Shown one piece after another: positions 25,282 through 39,865 of a DNA stretch of 64,000 nucleotides. Position numbers and translations under genes: made by a program. The stretch lies in the NCBI GenBank assembly GCA_046563655.1, contig CM102288.1, positions 3,782,001 to 3,846,000 of the forward strand, in the 5' to 3' direction. Each line of letters starts with the position of its first letter. Within the stretch, counting starts at the first letter, position 1. The DNA is from Yuukianura sp. NJ FZ-2021. Lineage: Eukaryota. The notes below the pieces were generated by a model. The model searched no databases. It was not told where the DNA came from and saw nothing but the letters and a program-made list of their open reading frames with translations.

Positions 25282-26941
25282 TTACGCTTCTTCTGGATCT
25301 TCACCTTCCTCTTCCAAGTACAACTCCAGCCACTCATCTTCGTCGTCTTCAGTCTCTTCTCCATCGTCATCTTGTTCCACATCCAGAAACAAGTTGTCGT
25401 AACACTTTGAGGTAGGATCGTTAAAGTGGAGGTAAGGATTCCCATGGTCCAACTGAGCTGAGCAAATCCAGCAAAAGTAAGTGTTGCACTTGAAGCAAGT
25501 CACTTTGTTACAGCCCTCGAACTTCTCAATAGGAACACTGCAATGTGGACAGGCTTTGGACCTCGAGGAGACCCACTTCTCAGACAGAACAGTCTGGACC
25601 AACAGGTCCAATTGCTTCTTCCCAAATGCCTTCTCCAGTCTCTTCTTTTCGTCTCCGTCGGCACTCGTGTACTGCTCGTAGATCATTTTTCGATCATCTG
25701 GAGTCAAAAAAAATCAAAAAACTTAGAAGATTCAAAGTAATTGATTAATTGATAACAAATGAAATGATGTGTCTTTACCAGATTTGAATCGACAAGGCTC
25801 TACTCCATGGTACACTGACTTGCAACAGGAACAGAAGACGTAGAAGCACTGTGGGCACTTGGCTAACTTTTCACTCGTATCAGTGAGAACTGGGCATTGG
25901 CACATTGGCAGGGGACAAGTAATGACGTCAGCCATGTTCTCCAAGGTTCGTTTGAGCAAAAGTCGATCGTAGCGTTCGAAAAGTTCTTTACCAACGATTT
26001 CCTCAACCTAAACAAATCAAAAGTTGAAATTGAAAAATTGGCACATAAAAACTTTGTTTAAAAAAATGTTCCTCTGACCTTGGCAGGGTCTGGAACAACA
26101 TCACACTTGAATCCTGGACACCGCACTGCATCAAGGTTGCCTTCATTTATGAGGGATTGAAAGTACTCGCTGATGCAAGCAGTGCAAAATACATGTCCGC
26201 AGCGACGAAACCTTTGGCATGCTTTTCCACTTTTGTCAGAAATACAAATAGCACAGTTGTGAATCCCGAGGCGAAAGACTCTCTCAGCTTCTTCTTCATT
26301 GAAACTCTCCAAGTAGTCAAGCATTGGGTCCGGCATTCGATCAAAAACAGCTCTAGGATCCAGTGGCACTCCACCACGAGCTGTTTTAAGCTTTTTATGT
26401 CGGAAGTGAGCCGGAGCATAGCACCATGTCACGTCATATTCAGTCGTAATTCCCAAGAAGGTGAGACCGTCCTTGAGAAATGTATACCAACTGTAAAGAA
26501 CTGCGGATCCTTTGCCCTCTTCCCAAACATTGTCCAGGCCGACACACAGTTTGGATAACTAATAATAAGTTAAGAACACTGTTTTAAAATACTTCGCAAA
26601 TACTTGAAAAATACTTGAGTACTTACAGAAGCACGATCCAACCAAGTTGACGATAGAGTAAAAATGGGCTTGGTCTTTGATGGATAATCAGAAGAGAGAA
26701 TAAAGTGAAGATTCAACGGTGGCATGTGTGTCACAGTCTTTGAAATCTTTTGGAAAGACTTGTCTTCATTTCGAATCACCGCGTTCACAGTAAATCCCGG
26801 ATTAAACCGGAAGTCAATTTTGAGGATACCGGACGTCGGTTTGTCAGTCGTCCTGGATTGAACGATATGAAAAGCATGCGGATCCAGGATGGACTCCATC
26901 ACCATCATTTCATCACTCTGGGCTTCAAAGTCTTCGTCCAT
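25282..26941 (-). CDS. RNF14: RBR E3 ubiquitin ligase RNF14 (RWD + RING1-IBR-RING2)
   Basis: N-terminal RWD (Q.DEM..MESI; HMPPLNLHFILSSDYPS), RING1 CAIC..CGHVFC..C, IBR, RING2 CPHC..IEKFEGCNKVTC..C..YFCWIC, and PYLHFNDP.S.C. Confidence 0.9.
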
Positions 26942-28813
26942 TTTGTAATTTTCGTCTTCCGTCTTTTGTAATAGGTGTCACTGTCAATCTCGTCCACTCT
27001 AAAAGAAATTCATTGATCACGGGACAGGACTTAAAAATTATTCGCATATTAAGAACACATTCTCACCTAAACGTTACTATAAATCCATCCTGCTGCCTGG
27101 CTGTTTCTTTCAAATCAAAATCAAAGCTTTACGGACGGAAAGACGGAATGCTATCTCGATCCAAGTTGCCAACAAGTACTGCACCGCTAATCATCCAAGA
27201 ACAGGAGAATGCTTTTAACCACCGCACCGCCGTTGACAACGACGACCCGTCGTTGTTCTTGCGTTGAGAGAGCGAGAGTTCCTGTTCCTATCGAAAACAA
27301 AACGTTGGAGATTACTCATGATTTTTTTTGCAGAATGTGGCAAATCGAAATCCAACTTACAGTTTTTCAAGCGTCACGAACAATGTAGACGTAGAGGGAG
27401 ACGATGATGAAGAGCTGGACACGGACAGGACAGTCTAGGTATCAATCCTATCCAAATACTCCCTGACACTCGTAGAAGTCAGACCAGCTGAGCAACGGGA
27501 GCAATTTCATGTATGAAAACAATCAAAAAACTTCCAAGCCGAAAAAGCCAATTCAGCAAAAACACCTTACTATAAGTAGGTAGTATAGCGAAACTCACCC
27601 TACAAGTTGGTTGAATTGAGGCAGAGGTGCCATAACTTCTTTTTCTTAGCTTATCTTTATACTTATTTAATTGTTTAATTACAATTCCAGCATTCGGCCT
27701 TTCCTCCATTCAGCTCCAAAAGTTAGAGTGCATGTGAATTTTTTTACCAACTGAGTAAATGTGTATTATAGTTTCTCATGTGTAATGAGGAGGACGAGGA
27801 AGTCATAATTTAGGTTTCTCGTTTCTCAGTCCAGCCATCTTCTGACCTTCTTACAAGTAAAGGCGCTAGACGAGGCTAGAAACTTTTGAAGGTGTGATGA
27901 TGATGTTTTAAAAGAACAATTCTGAAAACATTTCAACTTCCCATAAATTACTAAATTACTAAAATTACTAAAGTGTAATTTCCTCAGCCTCATCATGATT
28001 TTTCACAAAAGTAAATGGACTAGAAAGGTAAAAGTTAGAAGTTTTGTGATGGTGTTATAAAAAAACACAATATTTTGGAAAATTTTAGTTTCTCATGATG
28101 GAGGAAGTTACGTGTTAGAGACAATTAACAACCATAGTAAAACAACGCTCGATAGTGAGGGCGTGAAAATGTTTCTAACTTACCATGTACGCTTGGTTTC
28201 ACTAAATTGGTATCCTTTCTTTTGTGACCCCTCCGCAACCAAAGTGCAGGGATCCTCGCTCAGCAGTCACAAAAGAAAGGTGGCAAAAAAAATACACAGA
28301 ACGCACAAAGTTTTGAAACGGAGCATTCTTCGAATGCTTCTTCCGGAAACGGTTAGCCAGTGTAAGCCTTACTTGAACCAACTGTAGGGCAGATTCACCC
28401 GCTTTTCCAAACACAAAAAAGTCTCAAATCGCAATAAGAGAGCAACGCGTCTCGCTGAACGATTCGTCGCCATTAAATTTCTCTGGCTCTGCTCTTGTTT
28501 CGCATTGAATCTGGTGGAGTCTCGACTTGGCCCTTCTCCGCTATTCCAAAAGTGATAATTCAAATTTGGACGCAGCAACATAACAACAACATTAGAAAAA
28601 ACTGAAGGAACGGTTCCTGTATCCTGTGGTACGATACGCCTATCGTTTCTTGGCGGGCATCCTTGTCTCTGGGTCTGGACGTTCCCGTTTACCCAGTAAG
28701 TAAACTAAATTATAATCATCTGATAAATTAATTCATTCATTCACACCCTGTTTGCAGTTGTATTTTTATTCTAGGACTAGCATTGACTGACATCGTCCTG
28801 TTTGTTTGTTGGA

Positions 28814-31143
28814 ATGACTACTAACACATCTAGCGAAGAGACATCTCAATCTCAAGCAATGGAAACAAATGACCCACTTCCATTTTGCCTCTTATGCAAC
28901 GTCACCCTAAACACGGCCTCCAGTGATGAAGAACCAGCCGAGAAGGAGCAGAATGCTGAAGGCCTTGTTCTCGTCAATCCGCCAGGATCCGGAACTGGAG
29001 CTGAAGTTGAAGAGGACGAGAATGCCAAAATACTGCACATTGCCCAGGAGATGGAGGAAGTACATGGTGAAGATGTTGGAACTGGATCTGCAGCGATAGA
29101 AGTGATGGGCCTGAAAGTGGGCACTGGAGATAAGAAAACTGAGGGGACTGGAGACACGAAGTCTTCGGGGTCAGGACTTGGAGATGCAGAGTGGATTCAG
29201 AAGTACCAATCATTCTTATCTAAAACACTTCATCTCAATATGGATGAAATTCTTGAGGATGAGGATGGGTATTCATATTACCGGTTTGGTAAGTACAAGC
29301 AGATCAAAATTCTTTCACCAAGTACAAAGGAATTAATTATTTGTGTGAATTTTAGAAGGAGGAAGGAAACCGACATCGCCAGAAGAGGAACTGATACTTT
29401 TTTGCAGCAAATGTAAAACAGAAGTGGAAAAATTGTATGAAGACAATGAAAAAGTGAAACTGGCGACAAAAACTTTTGAGGATAGAAGGGACAGCATTAC
29501 GGCTTGCATCGCTCGAACATTTGTTGACAGGAAACTTCGTGCTGAAGAACTAACGGAAGAGGATGTCGACATGGAAGAAGCAAGGATCAGCACAACCGAA
29601 ATCCTGCTAGAAAGTAAATTCGAGTTATCAAGTCGAATAATCTTAGCACTTTTTTTTTGTAAAAGAAAATGTTGATTCACTTTAGAATGGAGGCCAATTT
29701 ACACCGGAGAAGCCGAACGTGAGCTCAAGGAAAGAAACCTAATCAACGAAATTCGTGAAGAAATTCTATCACGAAGTGAAACACAACCCAAGACAGAATT
29801 CCCAGAAGGCACAGGACTTTCAGCAATGGAACTGTAAATGCTTCCTTCATCTCTGGATCGCTGATTCTTGTTAAGTCTGATAAATAAACAGTTGTATTTT
29901 TCATTTCAGTTCTAAGATGCAGCGAATGATGACTGCATGTTACTTCACTCCGAAGATGTCCATTCTTCGCAAGAAAGGCAAACTGTTCTTTCGAGTTGGA
30001 ATTCCAAGAGATGAAAAAGACAAAGCCAAAGTCTACAATTGTCCAGTTTGTGACGACACATTCAACCATCAACGTTCTCTCAGCGTTCACATGCGCCGTC
30101 ACAAAGTGGCTCGTCCATCACATCAAATCAATCACACTTGTCCAACTTGTGGTCTGTCATATCCAGATCGCAGAGCTCTGATTTTCCACAAGAGGAGTCA
30201 CTATATTGGAACAATTAATGCTCCAGGCATCAGATATCAACGGGTTCAAGAGTACTACAGTTGCTGTATCTGTTCCTGTCGATTTGCTTCAAAAGCCGGT
30301 AGAAACTCTCATATCAAAAAGCATCACCCGAATGAGAAGCTCTGCACTTGTGCCCTTTGCCTAGAAGTTTTCAAATCCGAGGTTGCACTGAAAGCACATT
30401 TTGAAAATACACATCGAGAGCTTACCACTGATGACTACACGCCGCATCCTACTGAACTATTTACATGTGTCGAATGTTCCAAACAATTTCTCAGAATCAA
30501 GTCACTCATTGAACATCGTCGTGTCCATGCCATAGAGACTCTGAGCGAATGCTACTACTGCGGAATGGGCTTCGAGGGAATGGATAGTCTTCGGGATCAT
30601 ACCAATGTCACTCACATGATTCCCAATCCATTCATGTGTGATGGTTGCGACGACTGTTTTCCAACTGAAGAGGCTCTGAATGAACACATGAAGTCAAAAG
30701 CTCAACAGCGAAGCAACAACACCATCGTCTGCGAAGTACCCAACGGAAGTCAGTTTGTTAAGAAAAAGGAGCAAGTATTATCAGCTGATGACGATGATAC
30801 CTCATCCGTGACCAAGATTCATCCAATAGCGTTGCCAATAACTGTGCCACCGCCACAACGAGTTACCAAACCGTTGATTGTGAATGATGTGACAGTAAGG
30901 GACGACGGGTTACATGAAAGATTTGCTCCACTTATTATGAAGAGTCTCCAGGACAAGTCGAATCAACCGATCATCGTACGAAGAGGGATCCAAGTTCCGG
31001 ACAAGACGACATTTCCATATGCTGCGGCAATTCAAATCAAAAGTGACGGAATTACAACTGATGGGGAGATAATTGAAGCAACTGATGGACCTGCAGAAGA
31101 TGAGGGAGAGCAGCAACAGCAGTACATCATTTACAATGTATAG
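28814..31143 (+). CDS. C2H2 zinc-finger protein with split ZAD-like N-terminal CxxC...CxxC
   Basis: About seven CxxC-x12-HxxxH fingers in 29917-31143. N-terminal FCLLC and FCSKC pairs followed by a helical segment. Confidence 0.8.
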
Positions 31144-31516
31144 TTGTAGTAAAAACACTTTGCAAATGTTAAAAACAATTTATATATAATGTTTAATAGT
31201 GAGATAATTAGCATTTAATTAACTTGAATTATGTTCTTTTGATTCCATTAGTTAAATAAGTTCTGTTGTGGGGAGGGCGGGGGTATTTAGATTTTATATA
31301 AATAAAGAATTATAATTTAAACTAGCTTATGAAAGTTGAATAAAATGAATCATGATTTTCTCTTTGACAAAAAAAATTAACTTATTTAATTCAGGCAAAA
31401 TATAAAAAAAATTGTGCAAAGTCTCTGACAAACTTCGCTTAGAAGGTCTCCATTGGTCAATTTGAACGTCTAGCGTGATCGGAGCCCGCGATAGTACGAT
31501 AGCAAAAATAAATGTT

Positions 31517-31588
31517 TACACCCGGCGAGATTTGCACTCGCATCTTCGGTACATAAGACCGACGCCTTAACTATTAGGCTACGGGTGT
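31517..31588 (-). tRNA. Non-canonical tRNA or tRNA-like gene, anticodon UAU (Ile)
   Basis: Minus strand reads ACACCCG TA GCCT AATAGTTA AGGC G TCGGT CTTATGT ACCGA AGAT GCGAG TGCAAAT CTCGC CGGGTGT A. All four stems are perfectly paired. TTTTT terminator ~10 nt downstream; TATATAAA upstream at 31613-31606. Confidence 0.8.
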
Positions 31589-31770
31589 CTCCAGTACCGT
31601 CTTCCTTTATATACAAGATAACAAACGTGGTACGCTAAGTTATCTTTCACGCCGACGCAAAGCAAGTGATTGATTACGCATTCCTGTACAAGAGTACTGA
31701 TAACGATACATTCCATCGTTCTCAAGATTTCAATTTTTATTTCTATTTTCTGTTGACCTTTGACCTCAAA

Positions 31771-33534
31771 TTAATGCTTTTTAAGCTTACGAACGTAGGC
31801 CTGGTTTTCAGGATTTCCTTCCACAAGAAACTTGAGTGTGACAATGGAACATTGAGGAATGAAGGGATTTCTGCTGTCGATTTTAGTACAGTTTAGAATC
31901 ACTGGTAGAACTCCCATCTCTCGAACTTGATTCTGGTTGACCTCTGACCCCTGTACTAAGAATCCAAGCAAACGTATCAAGTCAGCTTTGAACAAAAATC
32001 CAGGTTCAGTCATCAGATCTTCCGAGTTGCTGTCCAGCTTGTCAACTGGAGTGAAGCAGTTGTCGCCACTGGCTCCAATTTCATGGATTGATCTTAGCAG
32101 GGCTGGAATTAAACACAAGTTAATTTCAACTTTCAACTCTTTTTTAAACTCAATTCTTTCAACTTTCAACAATTTTTGAGACTACCAATTGTGGAAATGA
32201 CAAAGCTTGTGTCAAACTTCATCATTTGTGCAAGATGGTCGTTCTGCATGAATTTACAGAAGAGTTCTGCCATTGCTGTCGTTTCCAAAACGTTGAAGTC
32301 GTTTGGAACGCCACTCGAGTTTGTCGTAAGAATCTGGTCAGCCGAATTTTTGAAATTTGACACCAGCAATGCCAAATTCTACAAACGTAAAGAAACAAAA
32401 GAAGTGCAGTGTTTTCTACCTCCAAATTTTGTAACTTCTGAAATATTTTTTTTACCTTGTCCGAAAAAGATTCAATAACTTTGGAATGTGCCCCGAACGT
32501 ATACAAGCATTTAACCTTGACCTCTTCTTCCAACTCAGGATAAAACAGTGGTAGAAAGTTTTCAATGGCAATGAGCGTTTCCACCCACAGCATGCTGAAA
32601 AACAAATCAGGAAATGAAACGTTTGAGAAAAAAACAACACCTATTTTTTGTTTTAGAATTTTTACACAAATTCAATGTGAACGTGTTCAAACAAAAGCTG
32701 GACCGTGAGAGTATCCAGTTTTTCCAACATTTCGTCCGGTTGTTGCTGGGTCAAGGTTCGACCAATCATGGCAGCGTAATTGCATACTCGGCTGTCTCCA
32801 TGCTTAAGCCAATCAATCCTGAAACAGTATCAAAATCGCAATTAGAAGCCCGATTCTTTCCAATTTTAAGAAATTAAAAGCTTACATCCAATTCATGACG
32901 TTGTACTTTGTCCACAACCTTTGACAGTTGTTTGGATTGGATACGATTGAATTTCCAATAACTTGGAGTCCCAATGCTCGAATCGACTGGCTGTAGAAGC
33001 TGACATAGACGCTGCTACTGCTTCTGTCCAGAATTTGATTAATTATGACCTCAACAGCTCCACTATCATAAAGCAAATCCTGATTTTCGGTGCAATTGAC
33101 CACAGCATTTCGAAGTACCCGCAGAATCCACACCGAAAGGACATCGTTTTCAGATTTTTGGAAAAGTTGCATCAGTTTTTCAAAAAATTCCAGCGGAATG
33201 CCATTTCTGAAAAGAAAGTCAGATGTTTCAGGGTTTTAGTGTGAACCTCACGCAAAAATGTCTCATAGTGCCCCCAGCTTGGCGCGAAATTTATGAAGTT
33301 TAAATCCTTGAAATAGCCGATTCATTTCTTTCTTGTTTTTTTTTCTGTCAGTCATCCACCGTTTCTTACAGATTTCGCTAATTGTTTGTCAATTACTAAT
33401 TGGAAATTGGATTACCTGTTGTCAGCATTTTGAAGACTTGAGGTAAGTGATTCAAGTATCGCAACAAGATTCGAGTTTCCGGTTGTAGAATTAGCCAAAA
33501 AATTGTCAATGTCAAGAGCTAACTTTTTATCCAT
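31771..33534 (-). CDS. ATXN10: Ataxin-10, multi-exon
   Basis: C-terminal FKADLIRLLG..NQNQVREMG....ILNCTKIDSRNPFI...GNPENQ (ataxin-10 domain) and LRVLRNAVVNC.ENQD. Exon 1 (33534-33416) joins in frame to the exon starting at ~33206. Confidence 0.88.
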
Positions 33535-33551
33535 GTTTTCACAGGAGGTAA

Positions 33552-34545
<994 letters not shown>

Positions 34546-34866
34546 AGGCATTGTGGCTAGCACTTTACTTACTATTTCCACTATTCAATTCAATTAATTT
34601 ACGAAGTTTCCATCCAAGTACACCACATTACTCTTTCTTCTCAAAATATTGGCAAAACATTAGGGAAAAACCTATTGTCTTTGTGCAATGGGAGGCGGAA
34701 GGTGAGAAAATAAACTCTTCTTGTAATTAACTAAACTAATTAATTAATTGCTTTATGATTAATCAATCATTCTCATCCACTGATATCGTAATCATTCATT
34801 ATTCAACTTTTGGATAAAAAGATGCTGCAGCAGCGGCATTTGTATTCTCTTCTTACTTTTGCCAAA

Positions 34867-35116
34867 ATGAATTTGGGTAAAACAGTGTCTCTTGTGAGTA
34901 AAACTTTAACTTTAACTTTGATTAACTTTTTATAACATTTAAAATTATTTTATATTTAAATCTTTTCAGTTTATCCTGCTGCTGTTCAGCATCACGCTGT
35001 TATCAATCAGCTTCGAAACTTCGGAAGCCTTTGGAAAAAAGTTCAAGCACAAAATTATGAAGAAACTACTGAAAAAGAAGGGCTTCGGGTCAGCATCGCT
35101 CGGGTTCAAAGGCTAA
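34867..35116 (+). CDS. Small secreted cationic peptide precursor (57 aa, antimicrobial-peptide-like), two exons
   Basis: CAAAATG start. Exon 34867-34893, intron GTGAGT..TTTTCAG at 34894-34969, exon 34970-35116. Product: MNLGKTVSL/FILLLFSITLLSISFETSEA-FGKKFKHKIMKKLLKKKGFGSASLGFKG*. Confidence 0.75.
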
Positions 35117-35356
35117 CTCAGGAAAACAGTTTTTGAAGCAGAATTAGTTTCATTTTACTTCGCATTTTTTTATTATTTGAAATTTTACGGTATTTTTGAC
35201 TCTACAAACTAAAAAATTAGAAGAAAAAGTTTAGTTTTTGTATAATTTAATACCTTATGGCAACTTATATCCTCAGCCTCTGCCTCTATTGCTAGTTAAT
35301 AGAAAAGTTGAGGTAGTGACCTTGTAATCCAAATCAGGTCAAAGGTCAATGTCTTT

Positions 35357-38300
35357 CTACCAAACAGTACATCGTTTTTCTGGTCCTGGATTCATGACAG
35401 TTCCAATGGCACAGTTCCAGGATTTAGCAAAGTCGCCATTGTTCGAAAGTGGTCCACGGACACGGAACCTTCCCGGACTATGCGGATCCGTCAGCACTTG
35501 ATTGGTCAATCCCTGTGTCGTGATTTTTTCACACCACATCTAAAACGAAACAAGAAGAAATCAGCGTTCAGCGTTTACGCATGCGCTGAATGTATTTTAA
35601 ATTGTTGAACTTACATTTGCGTAACCAATGAAAAAGAGTTGTTCTGGCGAATACTGTTCCAGTCCGGGAAGACGTTTCTCTGGACCATTGTTGTTTACGT
35701 AGCGACGGTAAGCCAGAAGTGACTCTCTGAGGCCACCGTTGTCAGCAATGTTTTCTCCCAAGGTCAACTGACCGTTGACATGCAGGTCAATTTCTGGTGG
35801 CTGGAAGGCACCGTACTGGTCACGGATACAGTCAGTTCTGGTGGTGTACTTAACCAAAGTGGCATTGGTCCACCATGGATTTGCGTTTCCATCGGCGTCA
35901 TACTGCCGTCCTTAAATTTTTTGGAAAAAGAACAGTGATTTTGCAAAATTTAATTTAAGTTGTTTTATGAAGAAGCTTTCGGAAATATTGAATTTTTATG
36001 AATTACCTGAATTGTCGAATCCATGAGTCACCTCATGACCAATTACTACTCCGATGCCCCCGTAATTCAGATACCTGTTCAGAACGAACCATTTTTTAAA
36101 ATTCTGAAATTTCAAAATTTGAATTAATTTTTTAAGTTCGAATTACGCTGGTGCTCCTCTTTTGAAAAATGGCGTCTGGAGAATACCGGCGGGGAAGGCT
36201 GGTGGAACAGTGAAAAAAATTGTTTCAATTCAGGGAAACTTTTTTTTTGAAAAAATTGCAACAAAAAAAAAACGGATCTCACTGATGCTGTTGTATGTTG
36301 GAGCGTAGAAGGCATTCACAACTCCAGGATAAGTGAGCCATCTGAATTACACATGAATTATACATATGAATTACATGAATTATTAACAAAGTAATTAAAG
36401 TAATTAATATAGATAATTAATAAAAGTGTTAATTTACTCGTCACGATCTACCAAGGTTCCGTATTTTGCCAGGGCTTTGTCACCGCTCCACTGTGAAACT
36501 TGGCGAACAGACTCGAAGTGGTTTCCAGGAACAATTTCCAACTAAAAATTCAGTAATTACGAATTACTTTTTGAATTACTTGTAATTACTTTAATACGAA
36601 TACATTTAATTACTATTCCAATTACCTTGGCGTAGTACTCTTCCACCTTTGTCTTATTTTTGAGCCACTGAAATAAAAATATTGTCAAACATGGGAGATT
36701 TTTTTTTCCGAAACTTCCAGATATGCGTTTCTCGAAAGTGTTTGAAATTTTAAGCAAGGTCACAGTTGACCTCTGACGACCTTACATCAGGATAGGCCAT
36801 GAAACTTCGCATTTTGTCAGCTTTGACCTGCCCCTTGGCCCTGGTTTCATCGTCCATCCAAGTGGCTTCGTCCAGCAGTTGCTTGAAAGAGGCCCTTAAG
36901 TCCTCCACCATCGTGTTCACCTCGGCCTTGGCCTGCTCATCAAAGTTCGCAGCCACAATGTACTTGACTCCAATGGCCATTCCAAACCCATTGTTCGAAG
37001 CATCTGCGCAGGTCTTCTGTCTAACAAATCATAAATCCAAACAAATTCCTTTGGAGTCCAATTTTTCAAAATTTTTGTTCAATGCTTCAAATTTTCTAAA
37101 GTTGAACCTGGTAGGCGGTTCTTTGGCTCCCGTCAGCACTTGATTGAATTTGAACGCAATGTTGCGTAACTCCTGCGTCGTTTCTCCACTCAGCCCTGAA
37201 ACGTATCGAAACTGGACATAGTTAGCTACTGTCCGAGGATTGGTCGCTTGAAGAAGTGGAACAAGGTCACGGAAGTATTGGGTTTCAAGGACGACCACTT
37301 TCGTGTCAGAGGTCAACTTCACTCCACTCGTTTTGAAAACGTTGTTCAAATAATTCAACCAATTGAGGCTCTAGAAGAAAAAACAGACAGGAGGTCAATC
37401 ATTTCTTGTTGTGTGCGTGACCTTGACCTTACCACTCCAAGATGACCTCCGAGGTCACCGTAACTATCAGTGGTGGCCTGGAATTGTGGAAGTGTGAATG
37501 GATTGTACATCCTATCGGTGTCTGTCCTCAGTTCGTCCTTGGTTGTGATCTTAGCCAGTTCGGCTTCAAAGGCCACGAGCTCCTCGGCTTCTGATTGGAC
37601 CAATTCGGAATCAGGAGAATCGCCGCCTGCTTGAGCCAAAACTTCAACGGTTTCTGTGACATAGGTCATGTAGGCCGCTAAAATTGAGTCATAGGCTCCA
37701 TCTTGGTTGATGAGCATGTCACGTGGAAGGTTCAGAGAAGGTTGGTCAATCTGTTCATTAAATATATTATAATAAATTTAAAATGTAATTAGATTTTAAG
37801 TAATTAAACTTACGTAAATGGAGTAATGGTTGGAGTCTTTCAGATCTTGATCAACATAAACAGAAATAATGGCAGTGTCCAGAAACGTTCGGCGCAGGTC
37901 GGCAATGGTCGTGAGCCAATCAAATGACGAGAGTTTCCAGGACGGACCAATCAGCATCGGCCAGTCTCCATGCTGCGGTTGCTGCAAAGTGTCACGAATC
38001 GGTTTGACCCCGACATCATCCAACGTTTCTTTTCAAAAATTTCGAAATTTCAAGAAAGTAGAAAAAAATCAAATTAATTTAAATTTTTTGAATTTACTTG
38101 TATCCAGGCAGGCCTTGTAGAAATCCTTGACTTGATTCACGGGTTTCGGATCTTCGGTGTCTTTTTGTGCCGATAAAATTTCTGAAATCCGTTTTCAAAG
38201 TATTTGTTAAGTTAATTTTGACTAAAAAGTTGTCCAAAAGTTGACCTTGCTTGACCTCTGACCTTGAGTGATGTTGTTGACCTGTTCTCTGAGGTAGTTG

Positions 38301-38924
38301 AACTGACTCCACCTAGAGTTGCTCGGCGGAATGTTATTTTCAGCAAGCCATCGTCCACAAGCAAATTCATAAAAATCGTCGCAAGGATCCACGCTAAAAT
38401 TAATCGAATGCAGAAGTCTTGTCGCTGAAAGTTAAAAAAAAGCTGGAATCGCTGAATTTTGACATTTTATGAGGCCAAGAACTTACCTGATTCCAGACAT
38501 CCATCGCTGAAGCAGAGATCGCTGTGGAGTCTATTGATGTCAATGCCCTTTGACCCAACATCTACTGCCAGTTGCCTCACATCTTCCAGCGTCAACTTTG
38601 GTTGAGCGCTGCGAGCGCTTCTCAGAAGCGCTTCTTGGTGCAGCGTTTGTTGACCAAAGATGCTTACCGTTGACACGACACCAACCAGCCCAAGGAGCCC
38701 AACCACAAAAATGACACGCCTTCTCGCAGAAGTCCGTCCACCGACACCTCCATTGTTGTTCCTGAAATTTTCAAAAACAATTGTCCACATTTCAAAAAAC
38801 TCGAAATTTTAAAAACTAAAATCAAAACTATTCTAAAACTAAGGTTTTTCAAGAAAAAAATCTGGTTAAAATAACATCCGAACCCCTGCGGCAGAATCAA
38901 AGGCGTGCCTTCGTCCATGTCCAT
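35357..38924 (-). CDS. Neprilysin / M13 zinc metallopeptidase (type II membrane), multi-exon
   Basis: [13 protein letters not shown] (HExxH) at ~36015-36050, [21 protein letters not shown] and C-terminal CTVW. N-terminal transmembrane segment; [14 protein letters not shown]. Confidence 0.93.
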
Positions 38925-39865
38925 TCTCGGCACCTTTTTTTTTCAAAAACCTCGACTTTTTTAGAACAACTTTTTCTAAACAAAACTTATTTTGAAAATA
39001 CAATGCTACAAAAGTTTTTAAAAATTGAAAAGGATGTGACCGTGCTTCTGCTGTGTCCTTCCTCTCCCAAATGTCGAAATGTCAACTCAACTTCGAACGC
39101 CCCATTGTACTTTTCATGTTACAAATCAAAATTATCTAAAAACCTAACCTTAACTAATGTAATCCTAAGTTAATTCTTATCTGCGTGCAGCTAATCACTA
39201 AAATTAAACAACTAAAATTAAAAACTAATTTTTCTATTGAAAACATCTCTTACACATCCACTAGTCGGAGAAAACTCTCACGAGAAAATGATGCCATCAA
39301 AAATTGAAACAAATTTCAACTACAGCACAAAAACAGGGATGTAGTTTCGACACAATTTTAAAACAGGATTCCTTTTTTCAAAAACTGGTTTCTAAAAACA
39401 TGATTCAAGATTTTTTTTTACTGAAGTTTTTGTGAGAAGTCGTCTTTGAGTTTTATGTGAGTCAAAAGATGAGTAATAATTTTTAACGACTAAAAACTGC
39501 TTTCGTAGTTTGTTCATGAAGATTTTAAGGTAAATCCGAAGTCAATTATCCAAGATAATTTTTACAAATTATCTTCGAAAAACAAATTCTGGAGATAAAA
39601 GGTCAAGTGGAAACTTTAACACTAAAGAAATTTAAAAAAGGTTTTAAGATCGAGAGCTGAATTTGTAAGTTGAAAAAAATCGAAACAGGAAATTTTCCAA
39701 TCAGATGAAACACGGTCATGAAATTCAAAAAGCTTTTTTTTTTTTCGACACATTTCAAAATATCCATTTCAAGACAAAATTTTGATAAAAAAAAAGTTTA
39801 AAAAATCGTTTTTGTAGTTGAAGAACGAAGGTTTTGGTTGAAAAAACTTTGCCAATCTCAGTTTT

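Noticed and set aside
27013..27709. Separate small gene upstream of RNF14
   Set aside because: Minus-strand splice signals fit multi-exon 5' UTR of RNF14, and there is no convincing ORF.
28210..28219. U12-type donor GTATCCTTT (also ATATCCTT at ~12432)
   Set aside because: No TCCTTAAC-type branch site and no exon context found; single short motifs can arise by chance.
36344..36625. AATTAC-rich repeats in neprilysin introns
   Set aside because: Degenerate low-complexity intron sequence with no further structure.
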